Origin: an uncultured Candidatus Saccharibacteria bacterium
GTDB lineage: Bacteria; Patescibacteriota; Minisyncoccia; Phycocordibacterales; UBA2100
Assembly (NCBI GenBank): GCA_964399865.1
Contig: CAYNRJ010000001.1
Span: forward strand, 394,050-458,049
Reading direction: 5' to 3'
Length of the DNA stretch: 64,000 nucleotides
Shown here: positions 22,567 to 31,102 of the stretch, piece after piece
How positions within the stretch are numbered: the stretch's first letter is position 1
How the letters are laid out: every line of letters starts with the position of its first letter
Made by a program: the position numbers and the translations under genes
The notes under the pieces: generated by a model
Databases searched by the model: none
Seen by the model: only the letters and a program-made list of their open reading frames with translations
What the model was told of the DNA's origin: nothing

Positions 22567-22613
22567 TGCTTATATAGTATAACGCACATTACGGAGCAGC
22601 TTGGCAAGATTCT

Positions 22614-22937
22614 TCATAATACATCTATCTTCGCTGCGAGAATGAAGTCGTTCTCAGAAAGGCCCTTGATCGAGTGGGTAGAAAGTTCAACTCGCACCTT
22701 CCCCCACCCTACAAATAGGTCTGGATGATGCCCTTCGTGTTCTGCGACAGGTGTAATCTTGTTTGCAAACTCCATTGCCGTAACGAAATCTTTGAATTTG
22801 AAGGATTTGGATATTTTCTTTCCATCTTCCGAGAGCGTCCACCGCTGGACCTGCGCGAGAAATTCCTCGGCTTCTGAATACGTAAGCGGCACTGCACCAA
22901 CCTCGCACGGAACGCAACGTTTCTGAGATAAATCCAT
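22614..22937 (-). CDS. pterin-4a-carbinolamine dehydratase
   Basis: AEHEGHHPDL, THSIKGLSENDFILAAKID. Confidence 0.92.
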   Translation of the reverse strand: MDLSQKRCVPCEVGAVPLTYSEAEEFLAQVQRWTLSEDGKKISKSFKFKDFVTAMEFANKITPVAEHEGHHPDLFVGWGKVRVELSTHSIKGLSENDFILAAKIDVL

Positions 22938-22953
22938 GGCAAAATTATACCGT

Positions 22954-23601
22954 ATGGGCATATTCAATGTATTGAATATCGCACTTGATGCCATCCTGCC
23001 GCGAAGAGAACGTCGTGCTCGGACTGAGTCACGAACTTTTTCAGATATCCCCCTCTCACCAGCATCTCACCAACTTCTTGGATCAGAAATCCAAACAGTG
23101 ATGGATTATCGCCAGAGTACCGTCGAAGATTTAATACGTTCACTTAAGTACGATAAATCCGGACACGCCGCAAAGCTGTGCGCCGCTGCTCTTGAAGATT
23201 ATCTGCGAGAGGAAATCTCTTCGCTTCGTGCGTTTTCTCCGCGAAGGATCCTCCTTATTCCCATACCACTCCACGCAGATCGACATACAGAGCGAGGATT
23301 CAATCAAATAGAAGCTGTTTTGAAACACTTACCGCGGGAATTCCATAACGGTCAATTGTCGTTCGTGACTCCTGCGCTAAAACGCATCCGCGCGACAAAA
23401 CAACAGACCCACCTCTCCCGGGACGAGCGACTTCGCAATGTCGAGAACGCATTTGAAATCCCCTACCCATCGTCCCTTGCAGATTCGCATGTATTCTTGA
23501 TTGACGATGTAACGACAACCGGGGCGACCCTCGTTGAAGCGGGAAAATCGTTCAAAAAAAATGAAATACCTGTCACCCTCCTGGCGCTCGGTAGAGCGTG
23601 A
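22954..23601 (+). CDS. comF: ComF family competence phosphoribosyltransferase-like protein
   Basis: PIPLH...RGFNQ, LIDDVTTTGATL. Confidence 0.9.
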   Translation: MGIFNVLNIALDAILPRRERRARTESRTFSDIPLSPASHQLLGSEIQTVMDYRQSTVEDLIRSLKYDKSGHAAKLCAAALEDYLREEISSLRAFSPRRILLIPIPLHADRHTERGFNQIEAVLKHLPREFHNGQLSFVTPALKRIRATKQQTHLSRDERLRNVENAFEIPYPSSLADSHVFLIDDVTTTGATLVEAGKSFKKNEIPVTLLALGRA

Positions 23602-23635
23602 AAAAGAAGGCCGGATGTGCTACTTTGAGCACTCT

Positions 23636-23723
23636 GGAGGGATGCGTGAGCGGTTAAACGAACAGGTTGCTAACCTGTGAGCCCTTTAAAAAGGCTCCGT
23701 GGGTTCGAATCCCACTCCCTCCG
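23636..23723 (+). tRNA. tRNA-Ser(GCT)
   Basis: GGAGGGA/TCCCTCC acceptor, ACAGG-TTGCTAA-CCTGT, long variable arm. Confidence 0.96.
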
Positions 23724-23757
23724 CAGGAAATACGTACTGACCGGTCGAGAATCTTTC

Positions 23758-24285
23758 ATGAATATAACGCTCATAGGAATGCCGGGTTCGGGAAAGTCAT
23801 TCGTCGGAAAACAACTTGCAGAACATCTTGGGTTTACCCTGATAGAAACAGATAAAATTATTGAGCGAGAATTCAATCTCCCTCTACAGCAAGTTGCCGA
23901 AAAGTTAGGCAACGAGGCATTCTTAGATAAAGAGGCAGAAACTGTAATAAAAAGTACCTATGCTCGGAAGAACATTGTGGTGTCCCCGGGGGGCAGCGTC
24001 ATCTACCGTCAGGAGACAATGTATCATCTGAAGAAATTATCGAGAGTATTTTATCTGAACGTACCATTAGAAATTCTCGAAAGAAGGGTGGGGAATGTTC
24101 CGCGCGGTATCATCATAACGGAAAACAAGACCTTTGCTGACCTATACACGGAACGCACACCTATATATGAAGCGTCCGCTGATTATGTATTGAATGGTAA
24201 CCATGATCCCGAAGTTATAGTTAAAGAGATTTTATCGAAGATAGACCCCGGTGATGGATTGAGTACAATGACGGTCCATGGCTAA
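23758..24285 (+). CDS. aroK: shikimate kinase
   Basis: LIGMPGSGKS, D..IE, SPGGS, ERTPIY. Confidence 0.85.
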   Translation: MNITLIGMPGSGKSFVGKQLAEHLGFTLIETDKIIEREFNLPLQQVAEKLGNEAFLDKEAETVIKSTYARKNIVVSPGGSVIYRQETMYHLKKLSRVFYLNVPLEILERRVGNVPRGIIITENKTFADLYTERTPIYEASADYVLNGNHDPEVIVKEILSKIDPGDGLSTMTVHG

Positions 24286-25591
24286 AAGGTACTACGGGAC
24301 GCAGACGGAGAAAGCGAGCCAGAACTTCCCCTTTGATTTTCGTTGCACCTACAAAGAACTACTGTATTCAATCGCTGAGATAAAGAAGGCTGCAACGCGA
24401 GCGCACGCGGCGGCAGGAGAACTCGATACTACTCGCGCACATGCAATTGTAGAAGCGTGCGATGAGATCTTGGCAGGAAAACTTGATGATCAATTCATAC
24501 TCCCCTCCTTTCAGGGCGGCATGGGAACCTCGAACCACATGAATGCGAACGAGGTGATTGCAAATCGTGCAACGGAAATTCTCGGAAAGAAAAACATCGC
24601 CGTTCACCAGAATGATCACGTGAACATGTCGCACTCGACGAACGACGTGATGCCGTCGGCGCTAAAGATCACTGCAATTCGTCTCACAGAAAGACTTCTA
24701 GTATCCCTCGATCTTCTTATCGCTACCTTTGAAAAGAAAGGTAAGCAATTTTCCAATATTCCGAAACTCGGTCGCACACACATGCAAGATGCGGTCCCGA
24801 CAACTCTCGGCGCAGAATTCGCTGCCTATGCAGAATGCCTCAAAAGAGGACGAACTAGAATTGAACACTCTCAAAGAGAACTCCATGAACTAAATCTCGG
24901 AGGAAGCGCGATTGGCAACTCTATAAATGTCTCGCCCAAATATTTGAAACTGCTGTATGCGGAATTAAAAAAGGTAACGAAACTTCCACTACACCCTGCA
25001 AAGAATTTAATGTCTCAAACAGGGAGCGCGACTGATTTCGTCGTCCTGTCACAATCTCTCACTGCTCTTTGCGTTGACCTCTCGAAGATCGCTGGAGATT
25101 TTCGCATTCTCTCAAGTGGACCAAAGGGTGGTATCGGCGAGATCGTTCTTCCTGAACTACAAGCAGGCTCTTCCATAATGCCTGGAAAAGTGAACCCCGT
25201 GCTTCCTGAGGCACTCTCACAGCTCTACTATCTCGTCTCTGGTAACAACCTCACCATTGAACACGCCGCTCACGGCTCACAGCTCGAACTTGCGGTCATG
25301 ATGCCAATAATCACCGACCGACTTATAGAGTCGCTCAAGCTCTCGCAAGAGATGATAGAGCAGTTTGCTAAAAAGTGTGTCGCGATCGCAGAGCCAAACC
25401 GGGCGAGGATTAAGGAACATCTCGAGAACTCGACCGCCTACGCTACCCTCCTTAGCCCCATCATTGGCTACGATGCCGCGGCCACATGCGTAAAAGAGGC
25501 GGTTAAATCAGGAAAGACTCTGCGAGAAATCGTCCTGGAGAAAAAGCTCCTTACGCCTAAGGAATTCGACGCAATAGTGAGCGCATTTTAG
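24278..25591 (+). CDS. aspartate ammonia-lyase / class II fumarase
   Basis: GRTHMQDA and GSSIMPGKVNP signatures. Confidence 0.9.
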   Translation: MAKRYYGTQTEKASQNFPFDFRCTYKELLYSIAEIKKAATRAHAAAGELDTTRAHAIVEACDEILAGKLDDQFILPSFQGGMGTSNHMNANEVIANRATEILGKKNIAVHQNDHVNMSHSTNDVMPSALKITAIRLTERLLVSLDLLIATFEKKGKQFSNIPKLGRTHMQDAVPTTLGAEFAAYAECLKRGRTRIEHSQRELHELNLGGSAIGNSINVSPKYLKLLYAELKKVTKLPLHPAKNLMSQTGSATDFVVLSQSLTALCVDLSKIAGDFRILSSGPKGGIGEIVLPELQAGSSIMPGKVNPVLPEALSQLYYLVSGNNLTIEHAAHGSQLELAVMMPIITDRLIESLKLSQEMIEQFAKKCVAIAEPNRARIKEHLENSTAYATLLSPIIGYDAAATCVKEAVKSGKTLREIVLEKKLLTPKEFDAIVSAF

Positions 25592-25726
25592 ACAGAAAGC
25601 TCTTCCACACCTTACAAAATAGTTGGTTTGACACGTGGTACACTTTCTGGAGTAGTCGATTTACCAGCCCTCAAGCTAGCCTTCACCTGTATGAACGGAG
25701 GACATTAAGATGATCGTTTTGTTTTG

Positions 25727-25757
25727 AAAGAGACAGCTTGAAAAGAGCTGTCTCTTT
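25727..25757. terminator. intrinsic terminator-like hairpin
   Basis: AAAGAGACAGCT/AGCTGTCTCTTT 12-bp stem. Confidence 0.7.
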
Positions 25758-25769
25758 GCGTTTCTCACT

Positions 25770-26963
25770 ATGGCAACTCTTCCCGAACCACATTCTCAGA
25801 AAATCGCGTGCCCGTACTGCGGAGACGCTCCGATGAGTCATTACCTCTTTTTCCTGGGCAGTTTATTTTCTGTCGTATTTGATGGACATGTGCTCCGAGT
25901 CTCAAAGTTCGCGCCCACATTCCTTCGAGACTTTGCAGATTGGACTCTTAAACTTTCCTTTTCGATATTCTTACTTTTAAAACTGGCCACGCTCTCCTCT
26001 GATATTGATAAGACCGTTACGTTTCGCTCGCGAGTTATATGGGAAGAAGCGAGAAGACGCGGTATAGAGATGCAGCAGTTAATTCTTCTCGGGAAACCCA
26101 CCGACCACTACCGTGCGAAGAAAAATGGAAAGACGCTTTATTTTAATAGTCTCCCTATCCCCCAACGACTCATCAATTCAAAGAAAAGCTGGGATGATAA
26201 GTTCGTCTTGAAAAACGAATTCACCAAAGCCAACATTCCTGTTCCTCAGTATATTCAGTTCTCTATTTTTAGGCCACGAAACATAGCCGCACTCTTCCGA
26301 GTCCTCAGGAAACCTCTCATAGTAAAGCCACGAGTCGGCTCTCGCGGCAGGCACACGGTGACTAACATCCATACCGTTGAAGAATTTAAATCTGCAATCA
26401 AAATTGCCAAGAAACTGTGCCCGTACCTCATGGCCGAAGAGCATCTTAACGGGGATGTCTGCCGCGCGACGTTCGTGAACGATGAGCTTATGGGATTTTA
26501 TAGAGCCTCCGTTCCGTACGTAATAGGAGATGGTAAGAAAACCGTACGCGAGCTCATAGATGAAAAAGATAAAGTTCGCCCCGAGCGTGTTGAAAAAATT
26601 GTTATTACAGAGGAAGTAGAGAGTCAGATAAAACGTGCGGGATATGGAATGAATTCTGCACTACCCCCTAGTGTGCGTCTCCCCCTTTCTCATCGCACAG
26701 GCAGATTTTTCGGAGGAGCAACAAAAGAAATGCTGGACGAATTGCACCCAAGTTTTATTCCTGTTCTGAAACGCGCTGCAGAAATTGTGCAATTACCTGT
26801 TATTGGCTTCGACTGCATTATTCCGGATCCCACTCGTGACGCCAATACTCAGCGTTGGGGCATCATCGAATGCAATACCCTGCCTTTCATCGACCTTCAT
26901 TACTACGCACTCGAAGGAAAACCGAAAAATATCGCGGGGGCCGTGTGGGATTTGTGGCAGTAA
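25770..26963 (+). CDS. ATP-grasp ligase, cyanophycin synthetase/GshAB ATP-grasp-like
   Basis: DDK, VKPRVGSRG, VIGDGKKTVRELID, IIECNTLP. Confidence 0.75.
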   Translation: MATLPEPHSQKIACPYCGDAPMSHYLFFLGSLFSVVFDGHVLRVSKFAPTFLRDFADWTLKLSFSIFLLLKLATLSSDIDKTVTFRSRVIWEEARRRGIEMQQLILLGKPTDHYRAKKNGKTLYFNSLPIPQRLINSKKSWDDKFVLKNEFTKANIPVPQYIQFSIFRPRNIAALFRVLRKPLIVKPRVGSRGRHTVTNIHTVEEFKSAIKIAKKLCPYLMAEEHLNGDVCRATFVNDELMGFYRASVPYVIGDGKKTVRELIDEKDKVRPERVEKIVITEEVESQIKRAGYGMNSALPPSVRLPLSHRTGRFFGGATKEMLDELHPSFIPVLKRAAEIVQLPVIGFDCIIPDPTRDANTQRWGIIECNTLPFIDLHYYALEGKPKNIAGAVWDLWQ

Positions 26964-27052
26964 GTGCAAAAATTCGGGCTGTGGATTACCGCTTGCAGTC
27001 TTCATGAAGAGCGTACAATTGCGGTATTAATTCGCTAACCTACACCGCTCGT

Positions 27053-28132
27053 ATGAAAAAACTCTTCACGGGGTTTGCGCTCGTAGCAGTTGTCGGTATT
27101 CTCTTTAGCAGCCTTCCCTCCTCAGCATCGGCCCAGTCTGACCGGAGTCGACCTGACAGTGCGGCAGGACGTATTGATGCCCGCCTAATGTCCGTAACAG
27201 AGCGACTATGTGATCAACTCTCGATGCTTATACAAAGAGGTTTGCCGATAACTCTGCCGGGTGTTTGCAATCCAGTGCCTCCTCCAATCGATATGTGCCC
27301 AAATGTGCCAGGCACACAACAAATGACTGAAGGTCAGTGCGCTGATATTGAATGTGTAGAAGATGGTGGGTCATGGAATGGAAGCTCTTGTGTAATGCCT
27401 CCTCCCCCAATTGATGTTTGTCCGAATATACCAGGAGATCAAGCGACGGGTCCGTGTGCCGATATCGAGTGTGCAGTAAATGGTGGTACGTGGGACGGTG
27501 AAGATTGTGTCATGCCACCACCGCCTCCAATTGATATATGCCTTAACGTTCCGGGCGTACAGGAAGAGTCTCCCTGCCTTGATGTGGTCTGTGTAGAGGT
27601 GGGAGGTATGTGGAATGGCTCGTCATGCGATATGCCACCCCCACCCGAAGAAGGAGGTGTGTTCATTAATGAAATAGCATGGATGGGCAGTATGGTAGAC
27701 GGCGCCTCAAATACAAACGCCGAGTGGGTGGAATTGAGAAATACAGGAACTGAAGCAGTCGATCTCATCGGATGGGCAATCATCGCAATGGATGGGGCGC
27801 CTAACATTCAGGTGGTTAATGCTTGCACAAATACAATCATTCAACCTGGCGGATTTTATCTGTTCGCGCGTACCAGTAGTGTCTACGGTGTGTCTGCGGA
27901 TTGTACCTATTCTAGTCCAATGAGTAACGATGGAGAATTTCTAACGCTATTCGACCCAGAGGGCACCGCAATAGACGCTGTCGACGGTGGTAATGGCTGG
28001 GCAATCGGGGGAACTCCTCAAAAAGGAAATAACGGCACAAAAGACACAGCTCAGCGCAGCAACACGGGGGAATGGTTTACCGCGTCCCCTACTCCACGAG
28101 CAGAAAACGCACCAAACGCATCTGAAAACTAA
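27053..28132 (+). CDS. secreted protein with three Cys/Pro-rich repeats and a lamin-tail domain
   Basis: Signal peptide; 3x PPPIDxCxNxPG..C....C...GG.W.G..C; INEIAW...EWVELRN, TPRAEN. Confidence 0.8.
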   Translation: MKKLFTGFALVAVVGILFSSLPSSASAQSDRSRPDSAAGRIDARLMSVTERLCDQLSMLIQRGLPITLPGVCNPVPPPIDMCPNVPGTQQMTEGQCADIECVEDGGSWNGSSCVMPPPPIDVCPNIPGDQATGPCADIECAVNGGTWDGEDCVMPPPPPIDICLNVPGVQEESPCLDVVCVEVGGMWNGSSCDMPPPPEEGGVFINEIAWMGSMVDGASNTNAEWVELRNTGTEAVDLIGWAIIAMDGAPNIQVVNACTNTIIQPGGFYLFARTSSVYGVSADCTYSSPMSNDGEFLTLFDPEGTAIDAVDGGNGWAIGGTPQKGNNGTKDTAQRSNTGEWFTASPTPRAENAPNASEN

Positions 28133-28133
28133 T

Positions 28134-28469
28134 TTACAAGACCTTATCGATCAACCAGGTAAGGAGAGATAGGACGAGTGCACCAATGAGCGCAGGAATT
28201 AATCCGGCGACGGTAAACCCTGGAACAACCCATTGCATCGCATAGAAAAGAAATGCATTCAAGACAATTGAAAAGAGTCCAAATGTTATGAGGGTGATCG
28301 GAAATGTAAGGACGCGAAGCACGGGCCTAATCACCATGACGATGACGGACCACACAAGCGCTACGACAAGCAGTGTCATCCATCCACCAACAATATCGAC
28401 TCCGGGAACAAGACTCACCGTGAGATACACAGCCGCAACGGTGCCAAGGAATTTGAGTACGAGATGCAT
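28134..28469 (-). CDS. 4-TM membrane protein (phage holin family 4/DUF360-like)
   Basis: IRPVLRVLTFPITLITFGLF..VLNA. Confidence 0.85.
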   Translation of the reverse strand: MHLVLKFLGTVAAVYLTVSLVPGVDIVGGWMTLLVVALVWSVIVMVIRPVLRVLTFPITLITFGLFSIVLNAFLFYAMQWVVPGFTVAGLIPALIGALVLSLLTWLIDKVL

Positions 28470-28493
28470 TTCCCTATTCTAACTCACTTTTAA

Positions 28494-28633
28494 AGAAACT
28501 CGTCGAGGCGTGTGTTTGACGGAGCCTAGCGAAGGCGTCGTCTGCCGACCCCGGACATCGAGCTCGAGGAATTTTTCAGCAGAAAAATATCCGTGCTCCG
28601 GAGAATACATGCCGAGAAAGAGTTTCGCCTCCC
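28494..28633. repeat. CAGCAG-loop structured repeat
   Basis: 28559-28610 identical to 49053-49104 (52 nt); long enclosing stem. Confidence 0.85.
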
Positions 28634-28786
28634 CTACTCCCACGCCTTCTCATCCGTCTCCTCTATTCCAGAGCCAATGAGAGGATCGTCTTCGTCTTCT
28701 GCGGTTTCATCAAGGACCTCTTCAACAGCGGCGTCGGGAAGGTCCGCCAAGTCCTTTTCCTTATCATCGTCGTCGTGATGTACCAT
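28634..28786 (-). CDS. 50-aa highly acidic protein (not in ORF track)
   Basis: Hand translation MVHHDDDDKEKDLADLPDAAVEEVLDETAEDEDDPLIGSGIEETDEKAWE; fills the intergenic gap. Confidence 0.7.
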   Translation of the reverse strand: MVHHDDDDKEKDLADLPDAAVEEVLDETAEDEDDPLIGSGIEETDEKAWE

Positions 28787-28940
28787 AAATATTGAAAAAT
28801 AATGTTTCTAGGCCGAACACGACTATCTTACTAATCCAATATCGCTGTGCAAGTTGCCTACATCGGCGCTGTGTATAACTCTTCGCTCGGAAGATTCCCC
28901 GTCCCTCCGCTCCCGAAAAGGAATACTATACAATGCCCAC

Positions 28941-31100
28941 ATGTTGCCCTCGGATGAGATCGCAAAGCACTTTCGGCTTACCCCATTACAACAGGGTGCC
29001 TTGAGACGCCTCGGCCTAAAGACAGTCGATGATTTGTTACGCCACTTCCCTGCGCGGTACGAAACAACAGGAAGTTCAGGCGAAGTGGCCCATCTTGTTC
29101 CCGGTACGAAAGTCGTGCTTATCGGGACTCTTTCAAACCTGAAAGCAAAAAAACTTTGGAAAAGTCGTCGAAATATCACTGAAGGATGGTTCGAGGATTC
29201 TTCGGGCAAAGTGAAGGTGATGTGGTTCAACCAGCCCTACATGGCTTCGTACGTCCCACAAACTACTGTAGTAAAGATGAGTGGGACGGTAGGAGGAAGC
29301 GTTGAAAAACCCTACATTACAAATCCAGAAGTTGAAGCCGTTCCAAGTGGTGCTATTCCCCAGGGTTTATTCGCTGGAGAAAAGAACGAAACCGTCGAGA
29401 ATTCAGTATTCCCTGTGTATCCCGAGAGCAGAGGTATCACGAGCAAATGGTTTTATCACGCTCTCGAGCGGATCCTTTCGAGTGACGTACTCCACTACGT
29501 GGAAGATCCGATCCCAACAGAAATCAGAGAGACCTATCACCTTCCCGACCTTGCACGTTCGCTTCTTGCAATGCACAGACCGAAGAATGAACGCGAGGCA
29601 GAAGCTGCCCGTAAGCGATTTGCATTTGAGGAAATTTTTGCACTTCAAATTACTCGAATGAAGGAGCGCGCAGAGAATAATGCTTTGGTCTCCTTCCCGA
29701 TCACGGACGGTCCCGTGCGGGTAGAAAAATTCATTTCATCCCTTCCTGTAACCCCAACAGGTGCCCAAAATCGAGCCATTACAGATATCCTGCAGGATTT
29801 TGGGAAACCACACCCTATGGCGAGACTCCTCGAGGGCGATGTGGGTAGTGGAAAGACCCTCGTTGCAGCAGCAGCAAGTTATGCAGTTGTTCACAGTAGA
29901 CCACCCGAGCGTGTAAGTGGAACTTTGCAGGTTGCGTACATGGCCCCGACCGAAATTCTCGCTGGCCAACACTTTCAATCATTCATTGAGTATTTCAAAG
30001 ACCTCCCGATCAATATTGCACTCATCACAGGGAGCGGCTGCAAGAAATTCCCTTCTAAATTAAAGCGCGGCGAGGCCACGGATATATCACGCGCCCAACT
30101 TTTGAAATGGGTAGCGAACGGTGAGATCGCAATGCTCGTAGGCACTCATGCGCTTATTCAAAAATCTGTAAAATTTCAGCATCTCGCACTTTGCGTCGTC
30201 GATGAACAGCATAGATTCGGAACGAAGCAGCGACGCGCACTCGCTCACAAGGGAGATGCCGCTCCTCATTTTCTCAGTATGACTGCAACTCCTATTCCCC
30301 GCACTCTCGCACTTACTATCTACGGAGACCTTGATCTATCTGTCCTCGATGAACTTCCTCCTGGGCGAGCGAAGATCACGACGACTATCGTTAAACCAAA
30401 GGATCGTGGAAGAGTGTACGAGGTCCTGAGAGAAGAACTCGCGAAGGGTCGGCAAGCGTTCGTTATTTGCCCACGTATTAACGAGCCAGATCCAAAGAAA
30501 CTGAATGCTCTTCAAGCGAAATCTGCAAAATCGGAAGCAAAAAGACTACAAAGTGATGTGTTCCCGGAATACGAAGTGGGACTCCTTCACGGCGCAATGA
30601 AGCCAGCTGATAAAGACGAAGTGATGGAGAGATTCGCGCGCGGCGAAATAAAGGTCTTGGTCGCAACCTCGGTCGTTGAGGTCGGAATAAATGTCCCGAA
30701 CGCTACGGCAATACTGATTGAAGGAGCTGAGAGGTTCGGACTTGCCCAATTACATCAACTTCGCGGGCGTATTATGCGCTCGTCCCATCCCCCGCAATGT
30801 TTCCTTCTTCCGGAAACTTCGAGCGAGATTTCAATGAAGCGACTGAAGGCGCTCGAAAAATCCGATGATGGTTTTAAATTAGCTGAAGCAGACCTCGAAA
30901 ATCGCGGGGCCGGCGATCTATATGGACGACAACAGTGGGGAGTCTCTGACCTTGGCATGGAAGCCTTGAAGAATCCGCGCCTCATTCAAGCTGCGCGCGA
31001 AGAGGCGTTGAAATTAGTCACCAGTGACCCAACACTTTCAAAGCATGCAGCCCTCGCTGAAAGGATCTTGAATGTCTCCGGAAAAATGCACTCAGAGTAA
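28941..31100 (+). CDS. recG: ATP-dependent DNA helicase RecG
   Basis: GDVGSGKT, DEQHRFG, MTATPIPRTL, QLHQLRGR. Confidence 0.96.
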   Translation: MLPSDEIAKHFRLTPLQQGALRRLGLKTVDDLLRHFPARYETTGSSGEVAHLVPGTKVVLIGTLSNLKAKKLWKSRRNITEGWFEDSSGKVKVMWFNQPYMASYVPQTTVVKMSGTVGGSVEKPYITNPEVEAVPSGAIPQGLFAGEKNETVENSVFPVYPESRGITSKWFYHALERILSSDVLHYVEDPIPTEIRETYHLPDLARSLLAMHRPKNEREAEAARKRFAFEEIFALQITRMKERAENNALVSFPITDGPVRVEKFISSLPVTPTGAQNRAITDILQDFGKPHPMARLLEGDVGSGKTLVAAAASYAVVHSRPPERVSGTLQVAYMAPTEILAGQHFQSFIEYFKDLPINIALITGSGCKKFPSKLKRGEATDISRAQLLKWVANGEIAMLVGTHALIQKSVKFQHLALCVVDEQHRFGTKQRRALAHKGDAAPHFLSMTATPIPRTLALTIYGDLDLSVLDELPPGRAKITTTIVKPKDRGRVYEVLREELAKGRQAFVICPRINEPDPKKLNALQAKSAKSEAKRLQSDVFPEYEVGLLHGAMKPADKDEVMERFARGEIKVLVATSVVEVGINVPNATAILIEGAERFGLAQLHQLRGRIMRSSHPPQCFLLPETSSEISMKRLKALEKSDDGFKLAEADLENRGAGDLYGRQQWGVSDLGMEALKNPRLIQAAREEALKLVTSDPTLSKHAALAERILNVSGKMHSE

Positions 31101-31102
31101 CG

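Noticed and set aside
23636-26963. Island integrated at tRNA-Ser
   Set aside because: No duplicated tRNA-Ser 3' end or integrase seen downstream.
28134-28469. Prophage suggested by a holin-family gene
   Set aside because: This family is common in non-phage contexts and no phage genes are nearby.
28550-28560. CCCGGACATCG inside the repeat matches the tRNA-Thr(GGT) 3' strand (11 nt)
   Set aside because: Short, found post hoc and absent from the twin copy; cannot be separated from chance without a genome-wide test.
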